A stretch of DNA of 64,000 nucleotides from Eledone cirrhosa (Eukaryota). Positions 53,571 to 63,889 of this stretch are shown in pieces. Location: positions 423,708,001-423,772,000 of the forward strand of contig OZ024740.1 in assembly GCA_964016885.1 (NCBI GenBank), written 5' to 3'. The notes beneath the pieces were generated by a model that saw only the letters and a program-made list of their open reading frames with translations, was not told where the DNA came from and ran no database searches. How positions within the stretch are numbered: the stretch's first letter is position 1; the number at the start of each line of letters is the position of its first letter. Position numbers and translations under genes: made by a program.

Positions 53571-55405
53571 GTGTTACATATATACACACACTAACACAAC
53601 TACATATACTTTTATACACATGTATACACATACACACAGCTATATATACATTTATACACATATATACACATACACACAGCTATATATATACATTTATACA
53701 CAAATATACACATACACACAGCTATATATACATTTATACACATATATACACATATTTACACACAATAACACTGCTATGTATACTTTTTATACACATGTAT
53801 ACACACAGTCACACTGATACATATAAATATATGCACATTTATACACATATATACATACATGCACACTGATACATATACATATATACACATATTTACACAG
53901 CTACATATACATTTATACACATATATACATACACTAACACAGCTACATATACATTTATACACATATACACACATTCACACTGCTACATATAGATATCATC
54001 ATCATCATTTTACGTCCGCTTTACTCTGCTTGCAAGGGTGGGACGGGAACTGATTCTGGCTTGATTTCTACAGCTGGATGCCCTTCCTAGCACCAACCTC
54101 ATTTACAGTGAGTGCTGGGTGCATTTTTTCCATGGTGCCTACACGTCCACTTTACAGTGGAATGATAGGGACCCCAGTCCTATCATCTCATTTCTACAGC
54201 TGAGTAAACTGGAGCAATGTGAAATAAAGTGTCTTGCTTAAGGAAACAACACATCACCCGGTCTGAGAATTGGATTCACAACCTTTCGATTGCAAGGCCA
54301 ATGCTCTAACCACTAAGTCATGTGCCTCCATTATATATACATATATACACACATTCACACAGAGATATATATATAGATATATACACATATATACACACAT
54401 TCACACTGCTACATATAGATATACACATATATACACACATTCATACAGATATATATATAGATATACACATATATACACACATTCACATTGCTACATGTAG
54501 ATATATACACATATATACACACATTCACACTGCTACATATAGATATATACACATATATACACACATTCACACTGCTACATATAGATATACACATATATAC
54601 ACACATTCATACAGATATATATAGATATATACACACACATTCACACTGCTACATATAGATATACACATATATACACACATTCACACTGCTACATATAGAT
54701 ATACACATATATACACACATTCACACTGCTACGTATAGATATATACACATATATACACACATTCATACAGATATATATAGATATATACACATATATACGC
54801 ACATTCATACAGATATATATAGATATATACACACACATTCACACTGCTACATACAGCTATATATATATACTTGCATTCATACATACATATCCGCACACAG
54901 GTATACGTACACGTTCACACAAGTATAGACATATATACGTATATACATAACACATTAATATACACATATTTACACCTTTACACAAAGCATATTATCACAC
55001 ATACATACATACAAAACACATTAACACATACACATACATGAAACACATTAACATATACACATATGCAAAACACATGCAAACATACACATATGCAAATCAT
55101 TCACACATATACATACATGAAACACCTATACAACACATGTGCAAAACATATACACACATACACAAAACATATTAACACATACACATATGAAAATCCTACA
55201 TACACATACATACACATATGTGAAACATGCACACACACATATACATACACAAAGCCCATTAATACATACACAAAAACACATTAACAGATACACATATATG
55301 AATCATACACAAGAAACACACTCACACATACATCCACACTCACACACATACACACATCTACACACACCTACACACACACACCCACACACCTACACACACA
55401 CACAC
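53571..55405. repeat. CA/TA-rich degenerate minisatellite region (about 36-38-bp unit ACACATATATACACACATTCACACTGCTACATATAGATAT in 54335-54860), interrupted by a SINE
   Basis: The unit CACATTCACACTGCTACATATAGATAT occurs on both sides of the SINE at 53995-54329. Confidence 0.85.
53995..54329 (-). mobile_element. Full-length tripartite SINE: tRNA-derived head, CORE domain, RTE-derived 3' tail
   Basis: Minus strand: head GGAGGCACA-TGACTTAGTGG (A box)...GTGAATCCAATTCT (degenerate B box). CCTTAAGCAAGACACTTTATTTCACATTGCTCCAGTTTACTCAGCTGTAGAAATGAG (about 54186-54244) aligns to the MIR-type CORE consensus. The 3' part matches the LINE UTR at 51900-52120 and ends in (GAT)n. Confidence 0.85.
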
Positions 55406-55494
55406 CTAGACTCAGGAAATGTTAAGACAGTGAAGCACACAAATAACATCTGCGCTGTTGTCCCTGCAACTAAGGAGAGGCTGTTCTGGTAATA
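55406..55494 (-). other. Candidate 89-nt exon (YYQNSLSLVAGTTAQMLFVCFTVLTFPES-R) of an unidentified gene
   Basis: A unique-sequence island between repeats, bounded by tgtctctcAG| and AG|GTGTGT, open in frame 0, with a hydrophobic stretch ending in FPES. No homology could be confirmed. Confidence 0.3.
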
Positions 55495-55516
55495 CTGAGA
55501 GACATCAATCAATAAG

Positions 55517-58500
55517 GCAACACCACCAGCACCAGCAGCAGTAGAGGCAACACCACCAGCACCACCAGCAGTAGAGGCAACACCACCAGCACCAGCAGCA
55601 GTAGAGGCAACACCACCAGCACCAGCAGCAGTAGAGGCAACACCACCAGCACCACCAGCAGTAGAGGCAACACCACCAGCACCAGCAGCAGTAGAGGCAA
55701 CACCACCAGCACCACCAGCAGTAGAGGCAACACCACCAGCACCAGCAGCAGTAGAGGCAACACCACCAGCACCAGCAGCAGTAGAGGCAACACCACCAGC
55801 ACCACCAGCAGTAGAGGCAACACCACCAGCACCACCAGCAGTAGAGGCAACACCACCAGCACCACCAGCAGTAGAGGCAACACCACCAGCACCACCAGCA
55901 GTAGAGGCAACACCACCAGCACCAGCAGCAGTAGAGGCAACACCACCAGCACCACCAGCAGTAGAGGCAACACCACCAGCACCAGCAGCAGTAGAGGCAA
56001 CACCACCAGCACCAGCAGCAGTAGAGGCAACACCACCAGCACCACCAGCACCACCAGCAGTAGAGGCAACACCACCAGCACCAGCAGCAGTAGAGGCAAC
56101 ACCACCAGCACCACCAGCAGTAGAGGCAACACCACCAGCACCACCAGCAGTAGAGGCAACACCACCAGCACCAGCAGCAGTAGAGGCAACACCACCAGCA
56201 GCACCAGCAGTAGAGGCAACACCACCAGCACCACCAGCAGTAGAGGCAACACCACCACCAGCAGTAGCAACACCACCACCACCAGCAGTAGCAACACCAC
56301 CACCACCAGCAGTAGCAACACCACCACCACCAGCAGTAGCAACAACACCACCACCAGCAGCAGTAGCAACACCACCACCACCAGCAGTAGCAACACCACC
56401 ACCACCAGCAGTAGCAACACCACCACCACCAGCAGTAGCAACACCACCACCACCAGCAGTAGCAACAACACCACCACCAGCAGCAGTAGCAACACCACCA
56501 CCACCAGCAGTAGCAACACCACCACCACCAGCAGTAGCAACACCACCACCACCAGCAGTAGCAACAACACCACCAGCAGCAGTAGCAACACCACCACCAG
56601 CAGCAGTAGCAACACCACCACCACCAGCAGTAGCAACAACACCACCAGCAGCAGTAGCAACACCACCACCAGCAGCAGTAGCAACACCACCACCAGCAGT
56701 AGCAACACCACCACCACCAGCAGTAGCAACAACACCACCAGCAGCAGCAACACCACCACCACCAGCAGTAGCAACACCACCACCACCAGCAGTAGCAACA
56801 CCACCACCAGCAGCAGTAGCAACACCACCACCACCAGCAGTAGCAACACCACCACCAGCAGCAGCAACAGCACCACCAGCAGCAGTAGCAACAACACCAC
56901 CACCAGCAGCAGTAGCAACACCACCACCAGCAGCAGTAGCAACAACACCACCACCAGCAGCAGTAGCAACACCACCACCAGCAGCAGTAGCAACACCACC
57001 ACCACCAGCAGTAGCAACACCACCACCACCAGCAGTAGCAACACCACCACCACCAGCAGTAGCAACACCACCACCACCAGCAGTAGCAACAACACCACCA
57101 CCAGCAGTAGCAACACCACCACCACCAGCAGTAGCAACAACACCACCAGCAGCAGTAGCAACACCACCACCACCAGCAGTAGCAACACCACCACCACCAG
57201 CAGTAGCAACACCACCACCACCAGCAGTAGCAACACCACCACCACCAGCAGTAGCAACACCACCACCAGCAGTAGCAACACCACCACCACCAGCAGTAGC
57301 AACAACACCACCAGCAGCAGTAGCAACACCACCACCAGCAGCAGTAGCAACACCACCACCACCAGCAGTAGCAACACCACCACCAGCAGCAGCAACAGCA
57401 CCACCACCAGCAGCAGCAGTGGAGGCAACACCACCACCAGCAGCAGTAGTGGTGGCAATAACACCACCACCACCACCAGCAGCAGTAGTGGTGGCAATAA
57501 CACCACCACCACCAGCAGCAGCAGTAGTGGTGGCAATAACACCACCACCACCACCAGCAGCAGTAGTGGTGGCAATAACACCACCACCACCACCAGCAGC
57601 AGCAGTAGTGGTGGCAATAACACCACCACCACCAGCAGCAGCAGCAGTAGTGGTGGCAATAACACCACCACCACCAGCAGCAGCAGTAGTGGTGGCAATA
57701 ACACCACCACCACCAGCAGCAGCAGTAGTGGTGGCAATAACACCACCACCACCAGCAGCAGCAGTAGTGGTGGCAATAACACCACCACCACCACCAGCAG
57801 CAGCAGTAGTGGTGGCAATAACACCACCACCACCACCAGCAGCAGCAGCAGTAGTGGTGGCAATAACACCACCACCACCACCAGCAGCAGCAGCAGTAGT
57901 GGTGGCAATAACACCACCACCACCACCAGCAGCAGCAGTAGTGGTGGCAATAACACCACCACCACCAGCAGCAGCAGCAGTAGTGGTGGCAATAACACCA
58001 CCACCACCAGCAGCAGCAGTAGTGGTGGCAATAACACCACCACCACCACCAGCAGCAGCAGCAGTAGTGGTCGCAATAACACCACCACCACCACCAGCAG
58101 CAGCAGTAGTGGTGGCAATAACACCACCACCACCAGCAGCAGCAGCAGTAGTGGTGGCAATAACACCACCACCACCAGCAGCAGCAGCAGTAGTGGTGGC
58201 AATAACACCACCACCACCACCAGCAGCAGCAGTAGTGGTGGCAATAACACCACCACCACCAGCAACAGCAGCAGTAGTGGTGGCAATAACACCACCACCA
58301 CCAGCAGCAGCAGCAGTAGTGGTGGCAATAACACCACCACCACCAGCAGCAGCAGCAGTAGTGGTGGCAATAACACCACCACCACCAGCAGCAGCAGTAG
58401 TGGTGGCAATAACACCACCACCACCACCACCAGCAGCAGTAGTGGTGGCAATAACACCACCACCACCACCAGCAGCAGCAGTAGTGGTGGCAATAACACC

Positions 58501-58963
58501 ACCACCACCACCAGCAGCAGCAGTAGTGGTGGCAATAACACCACCACCACCACCAGCAGCAGCAGTAGTGGTGGCAATAACACCACCACCACCAGCAGCA
58601 GCAGTAGTGGTGGCAATAACACCACCACCACCACCAGCAGCAGCAGTAGTGGTGGCAATAACACCACCACCACCACCAGCAGCAGTAGTGGTGGCAATAA
58701 CACCACCACCACCACCAGCAGCAGCAGTAGTGGTGGCAATAACACCACCACCACCACCAGCAGCAGCAGTAGTGGTGGCAATAACACCACCACCACCAGC
58801 AGCAGCAGTAGTGGTGGCAATAACAGCACCACCACCAGCAGCAGCAGTAGTGGTGGCAATAACAGCACCACCAGCAGCAGTAACAACACCACCACCACCA
58901 CCAACACCACCAGTACAAGCACCACCACCAGTACAAGCACCACCACCACCACCACTACCACTG
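55517..58963. repeat. Compound trinucleotide-derived minisatellite in three domains (30-bp, about 24-27-bp, about 36-45-bp units)
   Basis: 55517-56246 GCAACACCACCAGCACCA(C/G)CAGCAGTAGAG; 56247-57418 GCAACA(CCA)n(GCA)nGTA; 57419-58880 GCAATAACA(CCA)n(GCA)nGTAGTGGTG. All length changes are multiples of 3. Confidence 0.97.
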
Positions 58964-59086
58964 TTACAATGTTAGTAGTGGTGATTGCAGTGGTAGTGGT
59001 GGGGGTGGGGGTAATGGTGGTAGTGGTGGTGGTCGTGGTTGGTGGGGGGGTGTAACAATGAAGAATGATAGAAATAGGAGGGAGCA

Positions 59087-59091
<5 letters not shown>

Positions 59092-59170
<79 letters not shown>
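59092..59170. repeat. (GA)n microsatellite, about 39 units
   Basis: Read directly. Confidence 0.98.
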
Positions 59171-59172
<2 letters not shown>

Positions 59173-59361
59173 GATATAAAGAAAGAAAGAAAACAGAAGA
59201 AAATATAGCAATATAAAAGAAAGTAAATACATAAATATAAAATGGTATGAAATAAGGAACCAGAAGAAAGACTGTTTCTTTCCTGGTATACCTCAAAAAC
59301 AGATAAATCAACACCAACCAACAATATATATACTTTATATATATATATATATATATATAAA

Positions 59362-59399
<38 letters not shown>

Positions 59400-59413
59400 C
59401 TTTATATATATAT

Positions 59414-59681
59414 ATCATCATCATCATCATTTTATGTCCGCTTTTCCCTGCTTGCAAGGGTGGGACGGGAACTGATTTTGGCTTTATTTCTACAGCTGGA
59501 TGCCCTTCCTAACACCAACCGCATTTACAGTGAGTGCTGGGTGCTTTTTTTTTTTTGCCGTGGCGCCTACACGTCCACTTTGCAGTGGAATGATAGGGAA
59601 CCCAGTCCCTATAATCTCATTTCTACAGCTGAGTAAACTGGAGCAATGTGAAATAAAGTGTCTTGCTCAAGGAAACAACAC
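59414..59681 (-). mobile_element. 5'-truncated copy of the CORE-RTE SINE (CORE plus tail, no tRNA head)
   Basis: Close match to 53995-54252; ends after ...CTTGCTCAAGGAAACAACAC. Confidence 0.88.
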
Positions 59682-59716
59682 ACATATATATATATATAAA
59701 GTTTATATATATATAT

Positions 59717-59869
59717 ATCATCATCATCATCATCATTTTATGTCCACTTTTCCCTGCTTGCAAGGGTGGGACGGGAACTGATTCTGGCTTTATTTCTACA
59801 GCTGGATGCCCTTCCTAACACCAACCTCATTTACAGTGAGTGCTGGGTGCTTTTTTTCCATGGCGCCTA
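59717..59869 (-). mobile_element. 5'-truncated copy of the same SINE (tail only)
   Basis: Close match to 53995-54141; (CAT)n tail. Confidence 0.88.
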
Positions 59870-59893
59870 TATATATATATATAAGGTTTATAT

Positions 59894-60150
59894 ATCATCA
59901 TCATCATCATCATCGTTTAACGTACATTTTCCACGGGTTAGACGGGAGTTGTCCCACTTGAGGCAAGGCTGGTCGGGTGACCGTGTCTCGCTCATATAGG
60001 ACTATCTGGCAGGTTTTCTAAGGCTGGATGCCCTTCCTAACACCAACCACATTTACAGTGTGGAACTGGGAACTTTTTACCGTGTTACCTACACGACCAC
60101 ATTACAGCGTGGACTGTGTGTTTTTTTTGTCGTGACACCTACACGAACTC
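59894..60150 (-). mobile_element. 3'-UTR fragment of a related RTE LINE subfamily
   Basis: The reverse complement retains the segment CCTATATGAGCGAGACACGGTCACCCGAC, which is present in the LINE UTR (about 52014-52043) but absent from the SINE. (CAT)n tail. Right boundary approximate. Confidence 0.7.
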
Positions 60151-60444
60151 GATCTCATTTTCTCGTGCTGTTGGTGGGAGTAGGAGGATAGGGTAGGGGT
60201 AGTAGATTGGGGTGTATATTTGGTTAAGAGGTGCCTACTGACTGTAGGTTAGGCTTTGTACATAGCAAGGCATATATATATATATATATATTTAAAAAAA
60301 ATAAAGGTGTGACACACGAGTTGTGATATATTAGTAAAAAGGAAAAGAAAATGCTGACAAATGTTTCCAGTGAAAAATAGTTTAATTAGGAATAAGTATA
60401 AATTAGTAATAAGTATTAATTAGTATTCAGTTTTAGTTATAGGT

Positions 60445-60480
60445 TTTTACCGGTTGCGCATTTCTTATGCTTTTCAAAAT
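60445..60480 (-). ncRNA. Degenerate minimal hammerhead motif (GAAA mutated to GCAA)
   Basis: Minus strand ATT-TTGAAAA-GCAT(AAGAA)ATGC-GCAA-CCGG-TA-AAA; palindromic stem III ACCGGT; homologous to 49611-49654. Confidence 0.55.
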
Positions 60481-60579
60481 TAATTTTGAGATAGAGCGCC
60501 CATAATTTTTGCTCTAATCTGATCAGTTTTGGAAATTCTTCCTATTTTATGTGAAAAAAGTGGCTTGGGAGGTATTAAG

Positions 60580-60735
60580 ATTTGGTTGGTTGTTGAATGT
60601 CACGTGAATAAGTACTATAAATTTCGCGCCAATTCGTGTTGCAAAAATTCTTGTAGTCAAAACAATTTTGATTGGTTGGTAGACGTCAAGTGAATGTTTA
60701 AATTGACTTTAGCGTGAACTGGTTTCGCGCCAAAT
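60580..60735. promoter_or_regulatory. Promoter-like motif cluster (two E2F sites, CCAAT box, CRE-like site, E-box) within the PLE 3' region
   Basis: GTCACGTGA 60599-60607, TATAAA 60616-60621, TTTCGCGCC 60622-60630 and 60723-60731, TGATTGGTT 60669-60677, GACGTCA 60682-60688. Function not shown. Confidence 0.4.
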
Positions 60736-61892
60736 GTAGGTTTGTCGAAGAGTGTCCTTTTCCACTTGATTGAGTTGCAGTCATGTTGAGAGGTCAACAG
60801 TTCAGGTGTCTATTAAGACAAATATGTGTGTGTGTGTGTAGCAAAGTGGTTCATGGATGTGATAATGGAAATGAATCGGTCAGTAGGAATGTGTGTGTAC
60901 ATGTGTGTGTGTGGGGGGGGGGGGTTATTTTAACATGTTGAAACATATTTTTCAGCTCTTGTCTTATACGGAGAAGTGTGTGTGTGTGTATGTCTGTATG
61001 TTAGTGTTCGCGTGTGCATGCATGTGTGTGTGTGTGTGTGTGGATGGACCAGTATTTTTGTGGTACTGGTAAAAATGGTGTACATTATTTGATATTTTCA
61101 GCCATTTGCAAAAACGATTCTCTCAAAAGAACATCAATAACATCAATAATAAAAGAGGTGAAATGATGTATAGTATTGTCATAACAACAAGGCGTGTGTG
61201 AGTCCAGATTGTACGTACTGCAAGGGGAATCCATTAGGCCCTGCCGTATGGGATACTTGTGTACAAATATGTATGCACCCATCAATGTACAATATATGCG
61301 TGCGTATGTGTATGTGTGCGTGTCGGCACGTGTATATCTATAAACATCAAAAGGTAAGCGAATTTGTATATATTTGTGTTACACCATAGAACATTGTGTT
61401 TATATGTGGATAGAAATGTATGTAGGTATGTATGTCAACGTGTGTATGTTGTGGGTTCGTCTTAGGAAGAAGTGTTTAGACGGGGTCCATATTTGTTAAT
61501 AAAGTGAGATTCCTTGTTGATGCGCTGGGTGTGGGTGGCATTATCTTTAAATTTGTGGAGGGGAAAGATTCTAAAGTTGGGATGATTTTGGGCGGCACAG
61601 GTATCAATGTGTTCACTCAGTGCTATTTTTCTGTATTCCCGTATTTTGATCTGGGATCTATGGACAGTCATACGTTGGCGGAGGGTGCTTTTAGTCTGGC
61701 CTATGTATTGTTCTCAACAACTATTATAAAACGTTGTCCTTGTTTGAAATAGAATTCCGAACCCTCTATTAGGTTGATGCATATACCACAGTTGGGCCTA
61801 TCACATTTTTTTACTGTGGGCTCCGCTGCTGTGGTTGACAGTACTTTGGCATTTGTTAGCATGTTTTTCATTGACTTATATATATATATCTG

Positions 61893-61924
<32 letters not shown>

Positions 61925-61928
<4 letters not shown>

Positions 61929-62107
61929 CCCTATCATTCCACTGCAAAGTGGTCATGAAGGTGCCATGGCAAAAAAGCAACCAGCACTCACTGTAAATGA
62001 GGTTGGTGTTAGGAAGGGCATCCAGCTGTAGAAATCAAGCCAGAATCAGTTCCCGTCCCACCCTTGCAAGCAGGGAAAAGCAGACGTAAAATGATGATGA
62101 TGATGAT
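61925..62107 (+). mobile_element. 5'-truncated copy of the CORE-RTE SINE (tail part)
   Basis: Reverse complement of 53995-54186-like sequence; ends in (GAT)n; sits in (TA)n between two divergent PLE fragments. Confidence 0.88.
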
Positions 62108-62140
62108 ATATATATAAAGTTTATATATATATATATATTC

Positions 62141-63557
62141 TCACATAGAATCTCGAGGCTATCCGCCAATGAGGATATCTTCAACCAAGCGGCAGATTAC
62201 TACAATAGGGCCCTGATAAGCGCCGGCTTTAACCGAGGAATTTCCTACATCCCTAACGCTAGCTCTAGAAACCACCCCCCTCATAAAACTAACGTTATAG
62301 TAAGCCATACCTATAACCGATCACGCGGCGACCTCGTTGAAGTCGGATATAATAGAATAGATAACCGCACCAAAGAACATGACCCCGGCGACGGTGAACA
62401 CTGTAGATTACTCAAACTATTCCCCTATTACAAAACCAACAAAGGCGACGGCCTACTACCAACGCCTTCCAACCAACATCTTCGTGTACATAAACATGGA
62501 AGAGGTAGAAAGAGTGCACCCGAGCATAAAGTGAAAGGGGCACCGAACGGGCGACTGCGCATTAACACACATAAGAGCGGTCACTTAGATGGAACCACCC
62601 GTAGCAAAAGTACAAGGACACGTAATCGCCACCGTAACGTCCTATGGTTCCACCCCCCCTACTCTCGGAGTGTGGCCTCCAACATAACCCGGATGTTCTT
62701 CGAAGCCTTAGAGAAGAACTTCCCGCCCAACCATAGGTATAGAAAAATTCTTAATAGGAGCAATATAAAAATATCCTTCTCTACTACTCCTAACCTAGCA
62801 GACATCATAGGAACAACGAACCACAGTAAGATTACCAAGACACAGCACCTCGACACAGATGCACCTACACCTGACAATAACTATATCGGCCTTAACAACT
62901 CCCTGGCAGATTCCAATAGTGTTGGCAACGGCATCCGCAGACGCAACCAGAATAACCGCGAAATGACTGGGGAACATGCAGAACATGACGTGCGGAATAA
63001 CAATCGCACCACCCCGCGTGCTGTGGGTTGTAATGGTGCTAACGACAGCTGTGGTAGCGTAGGTAACAACGTAGGCAGCAACAATGATAGCCTTACCGTG
63101 GGAAATAGATGGAACCGCGACAGAAATTGCAACTGCCGCGACAGAGGACGCTGCCCCCTTAGAGGATACTGCTTGACTGATAGGGTTATATATAGATGCA
63201 CTATTACTAGCCACAATAGCGTTAAACATTATATAGGGGCTACCTCCGGCTCGTTCAAAATTAGGTTTCGAACACATCTCCACTCTTTCAAAAATAGAAA
63301 ACTAAGGCACTCCACTTCGCTCGCGGACTACATCACATCACTAAAGGACTTAAACATCAGCTTCTCCACGCACTGGGAGATTGTCGGCAGGGCTGCACCA
63401 TACAACTTCAAGAGGAAATGCGATCTTTGCCTCATGGAGCTCTACTACATCATAACTGCACCCCCACGAGCTCATCAACAGCAGAGCTGAAACAGCGATA
63501 AGTTGTACACATCGCTTAAAAATATCCTTCTTCAGATGGGTTAAGGATGAAGAGTGA
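62141..63557 (+). pseudogene. Truncated PLE ORF (thumb plus GIY-YIG) with one frameshift near the C-terminus
   Basis: No stop from 62141 to 63487. A frameshift at the C-run near 63461-63465 restores ELINSRAETAISCTHRLKISFFRWVKDEE* (conserved LxN and CxH), with the stop at 63555-63557. The RT catalytic core and start codon are absent. Confidence 0.85.
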
Positions 63558-63849
63558 AACAGTACACTGGATCTCCCTGCAACAAGTCTTAACACCCCGG
63601 CGGGCAGGCGCTGCAAAATAACACCCACGAAACAATCCTTGCATACCAGACCCAGCCTCAGACAAACGGATGCGGGAAAAAAAAAAAAAAAAATTGTCCA
63701 GGAAAGACTGCCCTAACACCGGCCAGAGTTACCTCCCTTGACCTGCTGCAAAATCAAAACAAGATATTTTTGCGAGCAATGAACCTTGATGTGGATTTAA
63801 CCCCCAAAACTCTTTCCGAGCAATATAAGGAACACTTGTGATTATTTAT

Positions 63850-63889
63850 GCCCTTGAGAAGCCCAACTGGGCGAAACGTACGTAGGTGC
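63850..63889 (+). ncRNA. Minimal type I hammerhead ribozyme motif of the PLE pLTR
   Basis: GCCC-TTGAGAA-GCCC(AACT)GGGC-GAAA-CGTACG-TA-GGTGC: U3-A8 core variant, stem II of 4-5 bp, palindromic stem III ACGTACGT, predicted cleavage after GUA at 63884. Confidence 0.78.

Larger units (their letters stand above)
60294..61877 (-). mobile_element. Decayed Penelope-like element (Neptune-type), 3' part: Cys linker, GIY-YIG remnant, 3' UTR and pLTR
   Basis: Minus strand: KNMLTNAK...KKCDRPNCGIC (Cys linker), an internal deletion, then C*EQYIGQTKSTLRQRMTVHRSQI...LSEHIDTC...RINKESHFINKYGPRLN (ends 61462), with the YIG, R, H, E and N hallmarks of GIY-YIG. Hammerhead-like motif at 60445-60480. Continuity of the UTR is inferred. 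Confidence 0.75.

Noticed and set aside
54255-54329. tRNA gene
   Set aside because: The A box is present but the B box is degenerate and no full cloverleaf forms; it is the head of a SINE.
52243-55492. His/Thr/Tyr- or Cys/Val-rich ORFs (THTHIF, MCKYVC repeats) as metal-binding proteins
   Set aside because: They arise from CA/GT micro- and minisatellites with periods divisible by 3, open on both strands, with no gene structure.
59255-59295. YQERNSLSSG (minus strand) resembling YYQNSLSLVAG of the exon candidate
   Set aside because: The match is short and low in complexity, and splice signals are poor; treated as coincidence.
55505-59324. 1143-aa Cys/Trp and 1271-aa Leu/Val ORFs on the minus strand
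   Set aside because: Implausible compositions produced by a stop-free trinucleotide array; the longer ORF also runs through the (GA)n microsatellite.
63488-63490. TGA ending ORF 62531-63490 as a selenocysteine codon
   Set aside because: It lies in the wrong frame after the C-run frameshift; the conserved LIN...CxH continues in another frame.
62659-63719. Minus-strand ORFs over the Naiad-type element
   Set aside because: Antisense shadows of the PLE ORF and UTR, with no recognisable domains.
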